Shown here: positions 25,933 through 40,195 of the stretch, piece by piece
How positions within the stretch are numbered: position 1 is the first letter of the stretch
Layout: each line of letters opens with the position of its first letter
Assembly (NCBI RefSeq): GCF_006345805.1
Contig: NC_042997.1
Location: forward strand, 150,350,001-150,414,000
Direction of reading: 5' to 3'
Length of the DNA: 64,000 bases
Source: Octopus sinensis
Lineage: Eukaryota
Made by a program: the position numbers and the translations under genes
Notes under the pieces: model-generated
Databases searched by the model: none
Seen by the model: the letters and a program-made list of their open reading frames with translations, nothing else
What the model was told of the DNA's origin: nothing

Positions 25933-27558
25933 TAAACATACATATATATATATATACATATACACATACACACACACATATATATATATATATATACACA
26001 CACACATTCAAATGCGTAAATGTGCGTGAATGCGAGTGCGTATATGTATACCTATATATATATATATATATCTTTATATATGAATGGATGACTCTGCTTG
26101 ACTACCTCTGTTTCTCACTTCTACTGTTAATGTGTATCTGTGTGCATGTATATATATATACATATATTGACTTCTTCCATCATTGGATTTAAGCTATTTG
26201 TTAACATTATTCTGAATAGCTTTCATTCCAACCATCACCAATAAGATAAATGTTTTTACATGTTCTGTCTTAATCACTATCATCATCACTATCATCCACA
26301 TTACTTCTAACTTTATGACTGGTTTATCTTCCTAAGATATCAGATTCAATGATTAGATTTCTCATGAACACATGCACATACAAATTCGTCGTCATCATCA
26401 TCATCATCATAATCATCATCCTCATCATACGTAAGAACCCTTGTATAACAATCATTTGTTCTTGTTGGATTCGTTGCTCTCATTTACTCTGTTGTTTCTT
26501 TGCCTTTGTTTTAACCTTGTTATATGTTTAAAAACGTTTAAAAAGTTTTCTAATCTTGTTACCTATTACGGACTTATTACCTAGACATACCATCATAAGA
26601 TACCAAAAATAAAAAAGAAAAAACACTGAACAAGCTCAAAGTTTGGAGACATTTTGATTATTAAAATTGATTTTACACTGAATATTTTCTATAATTATTA
26701 TTTTCTGCGGCTTAATGAGAGCTTATTTCATAGAAGGTATTTTGTATTTCATAGCGAAGCCCAAACCGTATTACTCCATAGTAAAGTCAAGCAAAAATTA
26801 TATATAGTGTAGAGCTCCTAAACACTGTTCTGTTATTACTAAGCCGATTTGACGAGGAAGTTAAACCGGCTTTTATAGAAATTGCAAATCGGTTTCCAAA
26901 AATATTCTCATAGTCCTGTTGTAATTATTGCTTTCTAATATTGGCATGAAGCCACAGCTTTCGGAGAAATGTATAGCTGTATAGTTGATTAAATCGAAAC
27001 CTGTACTTCACAAGTACTTATTTTCGCTGACCCTGTAGGAATGATGAAGTAATATCGACTTTTGTGGTATTTGAATTCAGAACGAAAAAGGATGGGTGGT
27101 GGTGTAACTAAATAACAAAAGAACTTTAATCATACGCATGATTTTTTCTATGAATCACCAAATTTTCCTCGTTGTAATTGAAATATTTTATTTAAAAGAC
27201 ATTGAACATTTGATTGGAGCGTTGGATATCATTTATATCAATACGTCCAACTAGATATTGTCCATGTATGTTGTAGTATAGTTGAAAATGCAGGGGAGGA
27301 ATTGATAAAAATGTAGTGTATAGTAGCCCTAATATTCCAATTATTGATTCTAACTCTCCACACTGATACGTGTTAGCTTCTGCATTAAGAGCCACATATA
27401 TCTGTTTTAAATAGGTTCAATAGCCTACAGCTGGGAATCGCATCACGCAAGATGATGTCTTGTTGATCGAAATATGCCACCGATGACGTGTGACATACAT
27501 TTAGACCTGAGAGTAATGGAAAATACAATTAACCTAAATAAACTAACAAAATTAGCTT

Positions 27559-27632
27559 TTCTGGAATTAAATATAAATATGTGTTCTGGAATTAAATATA
27601 AATATGTGTTCTGGAATTAAATATAAATATGT
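27559..27632. repeat. 25-bp minisatellite, ~3 copies
   Basis: TTCTGGAATTAAATATAAATATGTG repeated head-to-tail with no spacers. Confidence 0.95.
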
Positions 27633-27847
27633 TTAAAGAGAGAATAAATAAAAGTTAGAGCTAAAAATTGTTTAATAACTGATTGAATCTTTCGGAACAA
27701 TATCCAGTAACGTCAGTGATATAGAAACATTTCTTTTCCTTGTAAAATACTGGCGACGTTTGTCTATTTTTTACACCAAATTGTTTTGTCCGATGCGCTG
27801 TTTACTCTACACCTATAAATATAATTCTTTCTACAGTGTCTGAGATT

Positions 27848-28025
27848 TTAGGGGAGGGGACTAGTCAATTACATCGACCTCAATATATGACCGGTACTTA
27901 TTTCATAGATGAAAAGACGAAAGGCAAGTCGACCTCATCGGCGTTCGAACTCACAACGTAAGACGGTCAAAATGTTAGCATTATTTTGCCAAGCATGTTA
28001 TCCATTTCCCCAGCTTATTGCCTTA
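27848..28025 (-). mobile_element. tRNA-derived SINE, family A (diverged)
   Basis: GGGGAGGGGACTAGTCAATTACATCGAC...GGCAAGTCGACC...TTCGAACTCACAACG, homologous to 4698-4875. Confidence 0.7.
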
Positions 28026-30499
28026 GGTTCACCTATCATAATGGCTTCAATGAACACAAATAAACTACCGGAGATTTAGAATAATTTATATACACAAAAC
28101 AGTTTTATCTCTTTTCCTCGTGATTTCTTATGAAATATATTTCAACCAAGACAATTACTTCTCTTATTCCGGACGAAATAGTTTTCAGCTACATTATTCA
28201 AATATGCTCTTCCATTTTTTAAGACGTCACGATGTCATCAGAGGGAGATTTGATAGCTATTTCATGTAGTACAATCAATTACCGCACTTTGTTTCTCGTT
28301 TGCTTTTAAGCAGTACAATTGTTTTCCAGAGAAAGAAACAGTACATTGGCACGCTATATTTAAACCAGTTAAGGAAGCCTAACATTAACCCGTTGTTTAG
28401 TTAACAAAATTTGAAGCCGTCCACCAACATCCACCCACCATCACATACATACGCTCATACTTTCTTACACAAATGAATTCAATTATGTTTATTTGATATG
28501 TTTAATTTTAAGTATCGGTCATTTATAAATATTTACCAAGCGATGATGAAATATTGTGTATGCTTCTGAGATAGGTATGATATATATTTTTGTCTGGAAG
28601 TGGTGTACCTCATATTTACCTTCCTATAGATTAATCTTCTTGAACCCGCATCTGCTTGAACGATACTCGACCCACCGTCAAACATGCATGCTAATTGAAT
28701 AAATAATTGTTTGGCCAAAATAATGTAGGCCAATGACCTAACGAAACATCGGATTTGATGACCGTAGACTGCCGCGATCTATGTGAAATCTGAACCCGGT
28801 ATGATTCTCAATTTTTTGAACTATAGTAATGAAAGAAAACAACTCCCCCGTAGGAAATGAATACAACCAATTAGCAGAAAACCTATTCACATCTTGACTA
28901 ACAACGAACCTCGGCCGTGTAAACTTTTCATTGTTTTGTTCAATGCCATATACACGAAGTGTTGAAGCATTTTGATAATAGTTTGTACAAACATACATAC
29001 ACTCGTACACTCACACACGCGTAGACAGATGTATTTATAGCATATATGCTTACAAGTATAGGCATATCTATTGAGACTGATTACAAAAGAAATAGTAATA
29101 CTTAATTTTTACGACGAATAAAAAATAATCATCGTAAAAGAATGAATAATTACAAGTAAATTACTGGTACTTATTTTATAGACGGTACAATAATAAAAGA
29201 CAGAACCAAATGTGGGCGCTTTACTTAGATATATTATTGGAAGATGCACTGCAAGGTCTGTAATATGCCTCATATCAATATTGCTGTTTCTTTTCGACGT
29301 AGTTTTGTTTGGTAGAAGTTGTTGTTCCGAAATGTTTTATTGGTATCGCCAGACCATAGACTTCATTGAAATTAATGTAGGGCATATTTGAATAATATAG
29401 CCGTTGAATAGTTGCAAATTCATGGTTGCAAGAAAACATGGGGTACCAGGGAATACCTGCATGTTAAACAACGGTTTCAGCCCAGTTTGTATAATAAGAA
29501 AAACTTGGGCGACACCTAGCGAGCTGGTAAGTCGTTTCATCCGAATCCGTAGGGTAACTTGTATTCCTTTTATGCCTGAGTAGCTGCAGCAACAAACCAC
29601 ATGTCGGAACATTACCCCATTTTCGGGCTGATCTGAACTTTATAGAGTGTTATTAGTTACTGAACCCTGAATTATTTTGTGGTCACCAGTCGTATGATGT
29701 AGTGTTTGCGGTATTGAAGATGTGCTTTGCTGAGAGAAATCCTCAGGGTCCTATTACACAGAACACTCTCTGACCAATTCATTCAACTCATGTTGAATTT
29801 AGCAGTCATATAATAAAAGACCCAATGTACTGAATGAACAATGAAGAGTATAATACAACTACAACAACATATATACTGCACTGTTACACCCCAACAAATA
29901 AAATATATACTAATCGCATAATCGATATTCGAGAACATAACATTTACTGATATCCCCAGAAACACGAATTCTACACAACTACCACCCAGGGACGTAATAT
30001 AAACAACATATAAAGCATATACTCTACACTGTAGTACGCAGTACAACTCTTACGAAGCACAATCGCTTTTCAAACGATAGGGAGATGAAACATAGCAATT
30101 ATGATTAAGAGAATAAGTAAATGTGAACTTAATAGCTATCGTTAACATAGTGAAAGTGATAGAAACAGTAGTGTCATCAGGATAAATCAACTATTCTAAG
30201 CATCAGATACGTACCGGAAAATTGTAACTAGCTCGGAACATCTCAGAGAGAAGAACCAAGCAAAAAATCGAGCATTTTCGGCAGACAATGATAGAGAGAA
30301 AAATTTGTAGATTTTAATGGTAAAATCAACGAAAAATTCTGAAAGAAAGAGAGAAGGAGAGAAGGAAGAAAAACAACATTAAGAAAGTACAGTATCCAAA
30401 AATCAATGTGTTGCTTTATTGAGTTATTCGCTCAATTGCAGAAAATCTATCTTTATGATCAGGAAATGGTGACACTTCATTGAAAAGAATATACTGTGT

Positions 30500-31360
30500 G
30501 ACTCTAAACCAAACCAATTTTCACCAGAAGTAGGTAAAAATGTTAGGAATCAATTGCAACAGCGAAGGCAGCAGAAAGATCTAAAGCAGTATTATGAGCA
30601 GGGCTTGAATCACTCCATCCACAAGTCAACGATGTAAATAACATGTGAAACCCACAAGGAATATGAATAACCCAGCAAGCTGTTCACAAACGAAACAAAA
30701 GTGGCTCCGCCAGGAGATGATTATCTTCGAAACTACTGATAACAATACGTAGGTGGAGGTGCAGACAACATAGTTAAATATATTCAGCGACCGACTGAAA
30801 CAGCAAATCACAACAGCTGGACAACTAAAGTCATCCACAAAGCTTAGAAAACTTTAAACTCACACAGAAAAAGAAACAAGGACTTAACATCAAGATTATT
30901 ACAGAAGATAAAAGCTCAGCCTGGAAATATTTTCATGAGAACAGAAGGGACCCCGCCCAGAATGTTATGGCAATAAATAGCATTTACTGATCAACAACGC
31001 TCTAAATAGTAACTGTAGAAGTGAATAGAAAACTATGAGCATGACAGATTAATGATCAAAATGTCTGCCTCCGATAGCGTTTGCCACGTATAGATTCTCT
31101 AAGCCTTCAGCAACAAATTCGTTATAAAAAACACACAAAACAAGACATGAATAACGGCATAATAATTTTCAGGCAGAAACGAAAGAGGGAGTATTAGAAA
31201 CGAAACCATCATTAGACGAAGAAAAAATCTGATGTTAACATCATTTAGTGTCAAATGAGATCACGTACGAATACAAACTGTATGGAATAATATATTGCCA
31301 TCTTTCCAAGGGTAGATTTTAAGTTGTACATTGCTGACAATAAACATTTGGAAACCATGT
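30500..31360 (+). mobile_element. Very decayed R4/Dong-like RT remnant
   Basis: Fragments KMSASDSVCHV (cf. KKAFDSVPH) and VDFKLY (cf. MDDLKLY) appear in the expected order. Confidence 0.35.
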
Positions 31361-32049
31361 TATATACTAAAATCTGAAGCACAAGGAATAAACAGCGTAT
31401 ATGTGTTGTAGTGGCTAGTGTTAATGGTCATACTTTGAACTCAGGTTAAGAACACGTTGCGTGTAGCCGCAGCAGCAGCGCTATTCTATAAGTGTGAACA
31501 ATCTTTTAATACTGTTATTCCACGAGCTTTGCAAGGAAGGCTTACCTAATCACTGCATATGTACTTCCTAAATCTAAAGGAGACTCGTATTCTTTGCAGG
31601 GCAGTTGTGGTGTTAGCTTAAAGGAGTCACTATGAAAAACATCATTAGATGATGAGGTGCAAAATTTGTAGCCATATTGAGGATTTCAACTGCGTTATTT
31701 ATAACTAGAAAATGTGAGCTCACATCTCCCTTCACACATGTACTAATTTAGAGTTTGTGCAAATGAAAGAAACGGTTTTTATATTCTCACCGAAGGCTGC
31801 TATCACCATTTCTGTTCAGAAATTCAGTGAGGTATTTATGTTATGGCAGCATGGGGACTGCGAGCATAATTTTAAGATTTAATACAATAAGATTTAATAC
31901 AATGTAGTCTACATACTTCAAAGGCACGTTCTGAGCGGGACTCATCGGTGCTAAATTTGCTAAGAATCAACTCTGAGAAAATGAGTCATGCTCAATGGTC
32001 TAAGATGAGGGAGTACAGCAAAATGCCAAAAGAACTAAATTCTTCGTTA

Positions 32050-32450
32050 CATCAAGCTCCACAGAATTTATACTGTTGTCGATGGACGAAAGAGACGGGG
32101 ACAGAGAGAGAGGCGGAGTTGCACTGTTTCTCTCATTCTGAAACAGTGGAGTAAATTCTATGGGTTGACTGTTTACGTGGTTAAAGTGGTTGCCATTTAA
32201 GGAGAGTTTTTAGGAGAGAAGGAGAAAGCTATACAGATTTTGAAAATGTTAGTGAAAAACAGCATTTCAGAGAAAGAGAAGGGACATTTTTGAGATAATT
32301 TCATTTCATTTCATTGATAGGACGAGTTATCGGTATGGGATAGTCTGCGAACAATGATGAAACCGTGAGATTAAATAATGAAATTTACGGATGCGGATAT
32401 GGAGACTGAATTCATATTAGTTGCAAATGGAAGAGAAATTAGGAAAGAAA
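32050..32450 (+). mobile_element. Decayed RTE-like APE endonuclease remnant
   Basis: GGVALFLS, SEKEKGHF*DNF and YGCGYGD motifs in APE order, with stops. Confidence 0.4.
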
Positions 32451-33092
32451 ACTTAGCAGAATGAGCCGGACCTGGTTGAGATTGATGAATGGAAGGGGTC
32501 TGCAAAGTTGGTCAAGACTTTCTTTCGAGAAATGGAAAATGTTAAAAGAGTTTGAGAGCTTAAAGGACAAATGAATATTTCTTTTCTCTAATAATATCAA
32601 AGAAACAACTAAGTTTGAATGGTGTGAGAGAGAATAAGAACAATACCATTCTAGGTAGTGGTTGTCTTTTGGCAAAGATGTGTAGCTAATGCTACTTGAT
32701 GTATTACAAATAAAGTGCAGTAAGGGTTTATCTGCAACTACATAATTCTTATAAAATAAACAATACTGTAAAGTTGAAAGCATATTATAAACAATGGCAT
32801 AGTAAATATGAATAGGGGGAAAATATAAAAACGCGTCACACTTCTCTCCTCAAGAATTCAAAAGAATATTGCACGTAAGTTGAAAATGGAGACACATGAA
32901 TAAAAATTATGAAAATTTTAGATACAAGATTCAAAATATGATTACAAAATGCTATGGTTGGATGTTCACAAGGTGCGTGTCTACGTGACGAATAATCGAC
33001 AAATTTGTATCAAGCGTTACATGCTAAATTTGGCTTATGAACCATAAGCGAGTTAAAATCAAATGAATTCAGATCGCAGCACCAGAGTGCAA

Positions 33093-33151
<59 letters not shown>

Positions 33152-33377
33152 TACAGGCACACGCACACACACTCACACCACACCACACATACATAGGCAC
33201 ACATGTTTTTGAAATTTCTCGGTTCGAGAAAATAATTCTTTCGACTTTATGTATTCTAAAATGGCTGTAGATATCAATATTTTAATCTCAAAGAACATTG
33301 ACTCTACCATCATGAGAGCTACGAAATAAAAATGAAATAAGCGGTGAATGAAGAATTGAAAAAAACAAACATTCTAT

Positions 33378-33409
33378 ATATCTATCTATCTATCAATCAA
33401 TCTATCTTT

Positions 33410-33490
<81 letters not shown>
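33378..33490. repeat. (TATC)n microsatellite
   Basis: Long TATC/GATA array; a similar array lies at ~53820-53920. Confidence 0.95.
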
Positions 33491-33491
<1 letters not shown>

Positions 33492-34315
33492 GTCTGTCTG
33501 TCGGTCGGTCCGTTTATCTTTCTGTCTACCTCGTTAGTCTGTCCACCAGTATGTATGAATATATGTATGCGCGTGTGCATGTGAGAGAGAGGCAGTATTT
33601 GTTTCCTTGCACGCTTGTATGTGTGAGTATATTTTGTTGGGATTTGTAAAACTCAAGCCGGTCACCAGGAAAATGGCAAATATCTTTTCATTCAAAACAT
33701 ATCTTGGTCGCTGTAGCTCTCTGAATTTTTTTTTTACATACGCATATGTGCATACGTGTTGATTATATGTACACGCGTACGGGTGTGCAAGCGTGTGCGT
33801 GTCACGATGTAATACAAGTTTCTATATTTCATTTATGTTTGTGTGTACAAGCACGTATATTCCATACATATGTTCACCCGGAAAATACAAATACAGAAGC
33901 CCTGAATAGTTTTCCAATGTTTTACTGTTCTTCAATTCTATTGTACGTAAAGAAAATAAAGCAGTCTTCTCTCACTTTATATTTTTGTTCAATATTACTA
34001 GAATTCTCTCCCTTGTATATGTAGCTAGGCGTTAGTGTATTTTGTTACAATTCACCAGTTACGGTATTTTGTTAGACCTGATGTCCAAATCACAATTTCT
34101 TCAAGTCTCCATTTCCATATCCCAAATTCTGATACTAGCACTGGTACGACGAAAGCATTGTGAGATACAGTTTTATTGAATCAGAATTCCATATGTTCCG
34201 AATTTTGTTGAGGTATACTTTTGTCTATCTAGCTTTACTCAGGGTAACAGCATGTGTAATATTCTTGTCGTTTGTGAGTTATTTGTAACGGTAATTACAG
34301 GTGATGAGGTGGTAT

Positions 34316-34692
34316 GGCAGCGAGCTGGCAGAGACGTTAGCACGCCGGGCGAAATGCTTAGCGGTATTTCATCTGTCTTTTTATTCTGAGTTCAGATTTC
34401 GCCGAGGTCAACTTTGCCTTTCATTCTTTCGGGGTCAATTAAATAAATACCAGTTACGCGCTAGGGTCGATATAATAGACTTAATCCGTTTGTCTGTCCT
34501 TGTTTGTCCTCTCTGTGTTTAGCCCCTTGTGGGTAGTAAAGAAATAGCTATTTCATCTGTCTTTATGTTCTGAGTTCAAATTCCGCAGTGGTCGACTTTG
34601 CCTTTCGTCGTTTCCGGGTCGATAAATTAAGTATCAGTTGCATACTGTGGTCGATCTAATCGACTGGCCTTGTGCTTAGAGTAGAAAAGAAT
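34316..34692 (+). mobile_element. tRNA-derived SINE, family A, dimeric form
   Basis: GGCAGCGAGCTGGCAG head and B-box-like GAGTTCAGATTTC, then a second headless body with GAGTTCAAATTCC and a tail ending AGAGTAGAAAAGAAT. Confidence 0.85.
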
Positions 34693-36756
34693 TACTGGTG
34701 ATGAGGTGGTGATGGGTGTCGGTGGAGATAGACAAGATGTTAATAACCATATTTCTTGCCTGCCCTGCAGTCTACCAAATATGAGCACTTACCCTGACCA
34801 AACTCCTCTCCTGTTTTCCGTGATTATGTTGTGACAAATCCCAACTGCTTGCTGGTAACATGAATGTTACTCGAGTATAGCTTCTGAAGATAATCAGCAA
34901 AAAAAAGGAAGAAAAAAGCCTGCTGGTTTTTCCGGGCCTTTTCATAAGTCGCTACACTGTATCTTGGAGAAACGCACAGAAGCTATATTAATATAATTTA
35001 TATATCACATTCATGTTTGCTATGGATCTATATTTTTCATTACCTCATGCATTATCCGATTTTCAAATAATAGTATTGTCTGCGTGACTACCAACCAGTC
35101 GGGTACATCTACCTCAGTGTCTATTTCTCTTTCAGCAGGTCAACAATGACTGTCCGGTAGAATGTGAACTATTCATTATTCGTTTATCAAGTATCTCCTA
35201 GGTAGTTTTCCGTTCGGCAGTTTGCAACTCTCGTCAAGAGAGTTTTACTGATATCATAAGTTTGTGATACTTTGTAGCCCATCTAACCACTTTGCATCTT
35301 AGTTGTATTGTCGGTTTACATTCCAGCTCCATCACCAAAATGTTCATCCGAAGGAGGGGATTCCACAGCCTTGAAGGTACTGCCTTTCATACCGAAATAT
35401 ACCCCTTGTGCCTATATATATGCATGTACGTACGTATATATGAATATGCATATGTACCAAAACTGAAGCTTTTATACTGTTATGCCGCACGTTCGGATGT
35501 CTCTACTACTCAACTCTTCTCTGCTACTCTGCTACTCTACTCTGTTCTAGTCTACAGAGCTGTGCTCCCACGTCTACGCTTCTCCCTTTATATCTACGTA
35601 TTGGGTTAGTCTATCGTGTGGGGAGCGTCCATACAACATATGCACAGGAAAATATGATAGCATAATGGAGTATGCATATGAACTAGTTGATAACATGTAC
35701 AATATAATAATGCCTGAGTGTCTCTATTCTGAGATATGCCCATTAACACACAAAGATTAAGATGAATATTCCAGGAGGTACAGTGAAACAACTTCCTGAT
35801 GCACATAATTTCATAATTTGGAGCGAGCAGCTGTGGATTTAAGGCAGCGCGTATATTCATTAACGAAAATCGTCCAGCTTTCTCGCCAATAAGGAAATAT
35901 CTTTATAAATAAATAAAATTAGTAACTTTTTTCTACAAATAATTACTGGACACCAGTGAATCCTTTTACTTCGTTTTTCAGTCGTTCTTGAAATATGTCG
36001 TAAGGGCTTGCATGGAGAAAGAAATGTCTATGTGCGTCTAGGCAACACAGTTCTTCTTCCATGTTACCAACTATCAGGGAAAATTTTTGTCAAAGGTGAA
36101 GGTGAAAGGATGACCTCAATGACGAATTTGGTTAACACGTGATAACATGTGTTTAGTGTGATTCAACCAATAAATCATTTTACTATTATGTTTATTCCGA
36201 ACGCTTGTCACTGACACAGTTGTGGTACAATATTTCTCATATTGATCCGTCACTGTTCTCAGATTCCAAAAACATCATTTCTTAGGCTATACCATCAGAT
36301 GGAATCTCAGTCCTGTATACATGTACATGTGGAGGAACGCAACATCTCTGTTGTACGTGTGATTTGCAAGTAATATTTTTCACATGTTTTTCATTATAAC
36401 ATATAATCCCTAAAGTACAATTCTTATATGAAACTCTAGTCATCTGCTCAGAGAATGGCTTCCAGATTCTTGGTCTACGCATTTGTATGCAACAGATCTT
36501 CCAAGATTATTAACTTCTTCCCCCTGCAGATCTAACATATTAGGTATATTTTTTTAAGAAACACAGTTTTGGATCTCACAGACTCTAAAGCACCAAAACT
36601 GAAAATGCGAGCAAATGATTTGGATTTTACTTTTCCTTTCTGCTGTGTTACTACTGATATTTCCGATCATAATTTTGCAGTTGTTTTTTGTAGTGCTGTT
36701 ATATTTATGTTGGTCATAGTCGTAGTATTTCTGGAGCCAGATATATAGATAAGGGA

Positions 36757-36969
36757 AAGGCAGCGAGCTAGCAGAATCGTTAGCACGCCGGGCGAAATGC
36801 CTAGCGGTATTTCGTCTGTCGTTACGTTCTGAGTTCAAATTCAGCCGTGGTCGACTTTGCCTTTCATCCCTCCGGGGTCGATAAATAAAGTACCATTTAT
36901 CCCTTAATCCCTTTGTCTGTCCTTGTTTGTCCCCTCTATCTTTAGCCCCTTGTGGGAAATAAAGAAATA
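36757..36969 (+). mobile_element. tRNA-derived SINE, family A
   Basis: AAGGCAGCGAGCTAGCAGAATCGTTAGC...GAGTTCAAATTC...CCCTTGTGGGAAATAAAGAAATA. Confidence 0.9.
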
Positions 36970-37245
36970 TATACAGATAAGGGAAAAACTTGAAATATAT
37001 TACTTCGTATTTTCGACGGTTCAGTGTTCGTCAGACATGTTGACGGAACCATGTCCGACGAGTATTTGAGGTTGCTGACAAACATTTCATTGTAAAAAGA
37101 ATGTAATGCTATATCTAAATGTCTCGAGTAATCCAGCAAATGAAGTGCATATAAATGTATATCAGAGAAACAAGCATTTACCCACCAGCCTCCCTCCCTC
37201 TCTCTGTCTGTATATATGTGTGTGTTAGTGTATGAGTGTGTGCAG

Positions 37246-37276
<31 letters not shown>

Positions 37277-38881
37277 CGTACGCGTGTGCGGGTAAAACGT
37301 CATAGGCTTATATCTATTTGAGATTGTGTAGTGAGTGGGTGTAGAAAAATCGATTCTTCACTTCTGAAAATACTTCGAAGTATCTAGTTGTGATCGAGTT
37401 ATGTTAAAGACAACTTGCTTTTTCATCATTAAAGAGATCGAGAATATATACCTCATGAATTACACTTGTCGTTATCATCGACTAAAATAAATATCCTTCT
37501 GGGAGGTGCTACAGCATGGCCGCATATCGCTAGTGAAACCCGTTAAATAGAGCAATGAAAGTCGAAATGAATGTGATGCATGATTCATAGGAGAGAAATG
37601 ACTTTTCTGCTATATTTCGATGTGCACAGCCTTTTCCTGTTACTTCTGTCTGATACTTTACGATCACAAATGCAATTATTCTCCATAGAAGGGCCAAACG
37701 ATACGGGTAAATATCATTAAGGAAAACGAACATCAGTTAATAATTCAACATTAAATCAATGTGCAATGACCATGTAAATATCTGAAGACGGACACCTCTT
37801 GTAAGGAGAAAGTTTAGTTCGCGTTTTGCCTCTGGTGTATATCTGTATCCTTCAAGAAACCAGTTAACACTACTGCTCACTTCTCTTGCTTTGTTTATAA
37901 TTAATTACCTTAGCTGTCCATCTGGAAAAGTGACCTGTAATAGAACTGACGATCGAAAGGCCGAATTCTTTTCTCTCATCTACTTAACCTACAGATTTTC
38001 GGACAAGGAGTATTATATGGCAATGATTTGCATGCCACAAGGCATCACCATAATACGCTATCCGATGACAGTATTCATTTTCTAAGATTGTAGTATGCAA
38101 TGAAATAACAAGAGGCTCGTTCTAGCTTCACTTTGTCTTTCATTTTCTAATCAAAACTGAGATTTGAGATTGAAACACTTCAGAACTGCAGTTGACCATG
38201 CCCGTTTGAAAACATAATTGAATATGCCTTTTTTCTTATCATTATAAACGAGCAGAGATTGCTAAGATACGCAATTATCAACAAATATATTTCTTTGCTT
38301 TCTTCTTTTTTATCTAAATAAAGGACGACAAACTAGATAGATACACCCAATAAAAAGTTAGCTGTGATAACAAATAGGATATTGAAAGTAGTTTCAGTGT
38401 AGTTTCCTACAGGGAGTATAACCAAGGTTCAGTAAAACTTGTAGGAATTTAATAAGATATCATTTGTTGTAGATTGATTGGTTAGTCTGATGGAAAATGG
38501 AACTTGCTAAAGTGTTGAAAATTTAAAGATCAACATAACAATCTCAAGTAAAATGAAAATAGGAAAGGAAATAAAATAATGTAAAAACAAAAAGAAACGT
38601 TCCTTTAAAACCATTTGAAATGACTTATTGGTTTTGACAAACATTTACCTGATAAAAGAATGGAGAAACAACATTTTCACTTTGGTTCCCACCTGGAGTT
38701 CTTTTGATGCTGATTAGCTTTGATTCAAAATTCTCCAAAAGTAAATATAATGGAGAAATTTAATGAAAAAAAAAAACGTTTGCATATATTTTTATCAAAA
38801 CAAGCACGTTTCATTCTTCTCCTTCCTCCTTCCAGTCTTTCTTTCTATTAGTTTCTCTCTCTCTCTCTGTCTCTCTCTCTG

Positions 38882-38914
<33 letters not shown>

Positions 38915-39009
38915 CTATCTATTTTATGTGTTTATCTAACTCCCTATCGGTTTCCTCTCTCTTTCTTTACTTTCTACTCTTTTTAAATATATCAATCACA
39001 CACACACTC

Positions 39010-39049
<40 letters not shown>

Positions 39050-39429
39050 ATATTATATATATATATATATACATATACATATAAATATATATAAAATAGC
39101 ATATACTATATATATTATATTATCATATGTTGAGTATAATTATATCAGTATACTTGTATCTTTATATATTCCTGAATAACGAAATGAGGTGCACATACTG
39201 CATTATTTCTCTTAATTTCTCTCTCTCTCGCAGTTTATATCTTTCTTCCACAAGTATTTTACGAGCATACTACTACATCTGTGTCAATTTATGTTCTGGT
39301 TTCTGAGTGTTAGCGTGTATATATATACATATACATACATGCATATACACAGTTATTCTTACGTATATCCAGAAGAGGGATCATGCATAGACCCAAACAC
39401 CATTCCTAACTCACTGCTGACACCTTCGG

Positions 39430-39825
39430 GTAAATCTCGAAGAATTTCATCTTAATTGTCATTCATGAAATTCATTGTATTATATGAAGAAAGTGCGACG
39501 GTAGCTCGACCGCTTTGGAACACCTGTACATGCAACCCAGAAAGAACTTTCTGATTCACGACATCATCTGTGCTGTATACTCACTCCACCTTGTATCTCT
39601 CTGCATTTCGTATATGACCGCGTGTGTATCGTTGGCGATTTTTCCCCCGTCTTCCCTTCCATGGATCTTTCCTTTTCCTATGTTTCTGACGAAGAGCTCC
39701 GCTCCAAACGTTAAAACCTCCTTCTTTCTTTCCTTTCCTGAGCGTCCAATAACACTATACTTGTTCCACGTCTTCGCGTTGTTATGTTTTCTCTTTGTGT
39801 TTTCATGTTTGGATCAACTATATAT
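39430..39825 (+). mobile_element. Penelope-like element: GIY-YIG endonuclease remnant plus pLTR with hammerhead motif
   Basis: CGACGGTAGCTCGACCGCTTTGGAACACCTG resembles frameshifted RRLADRFAEHL of PLE GIY-YIG domains. It is followed by the same ~200-nt terminus as 16471-16676, then (TA)n. Confidence 0.65.
39682..39717 (+). ncRNA. Minimal type I hammerhead motif (G12->C, probably inactive)
   Basis: GTTT-CTGACGA-A-GAGC(TCC)GCTC-CAAA-CGTT-AAAAC. Confidence 0.55.
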
Positions 39826-39856
39826 ATATATATATATATAATATATATATACATAT

Positions 39857-40083
39857 ACTCTTTACTCTTTTACTCTTTTACTTGTTTCAGTCATTTGACT
39901 GCGGCCATGCTGGAGCACCGCCTTTAGTCGAGCAAATCGACCCCGGGATTTATTCTTTGTAAGCCCAGTACTTATTCTATCGGTCTCTTTTGCTGAACCG
40001 CTAAGTGACGGGGACGTAAACACACCAGCATCGGTTGTGAAGCAATGCTAGGGGGACAAACACAGACACACAAACACACACAA

Positions 40084-40128
<45 letters not shown>

Positions 40129-40195
40129 CGACAGGCTTCTTTCAGTTTCCGTCTACCAAATCCACTCACAAGGCATTGCTCAGCCCGGGGCTATA
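39857..40195 (-). mobile_element. tRNA-derived SINE, family B (5'-truncated), with internal microsatellite
   Basis: Matches 48059-48507 over the 3' two-thirds; repeated ACTCTTTT tail. Confidence 0.9.

Noticed and set aside
27559-27632. 25-bp direct repeats as a CRISPR-like array
   Set aside because: Head-to-tail with no spacers, in eukaryotic DNA; an ordinary minisatellite.
37006-37061. Minus-strand CTGACGAA...GTCGAAA motif and a 12-bp hairpin (37028-37061)
   Set aside because: The stem II closing pair is mismatched and no stem I/III can be drawn; too degenerate to call.
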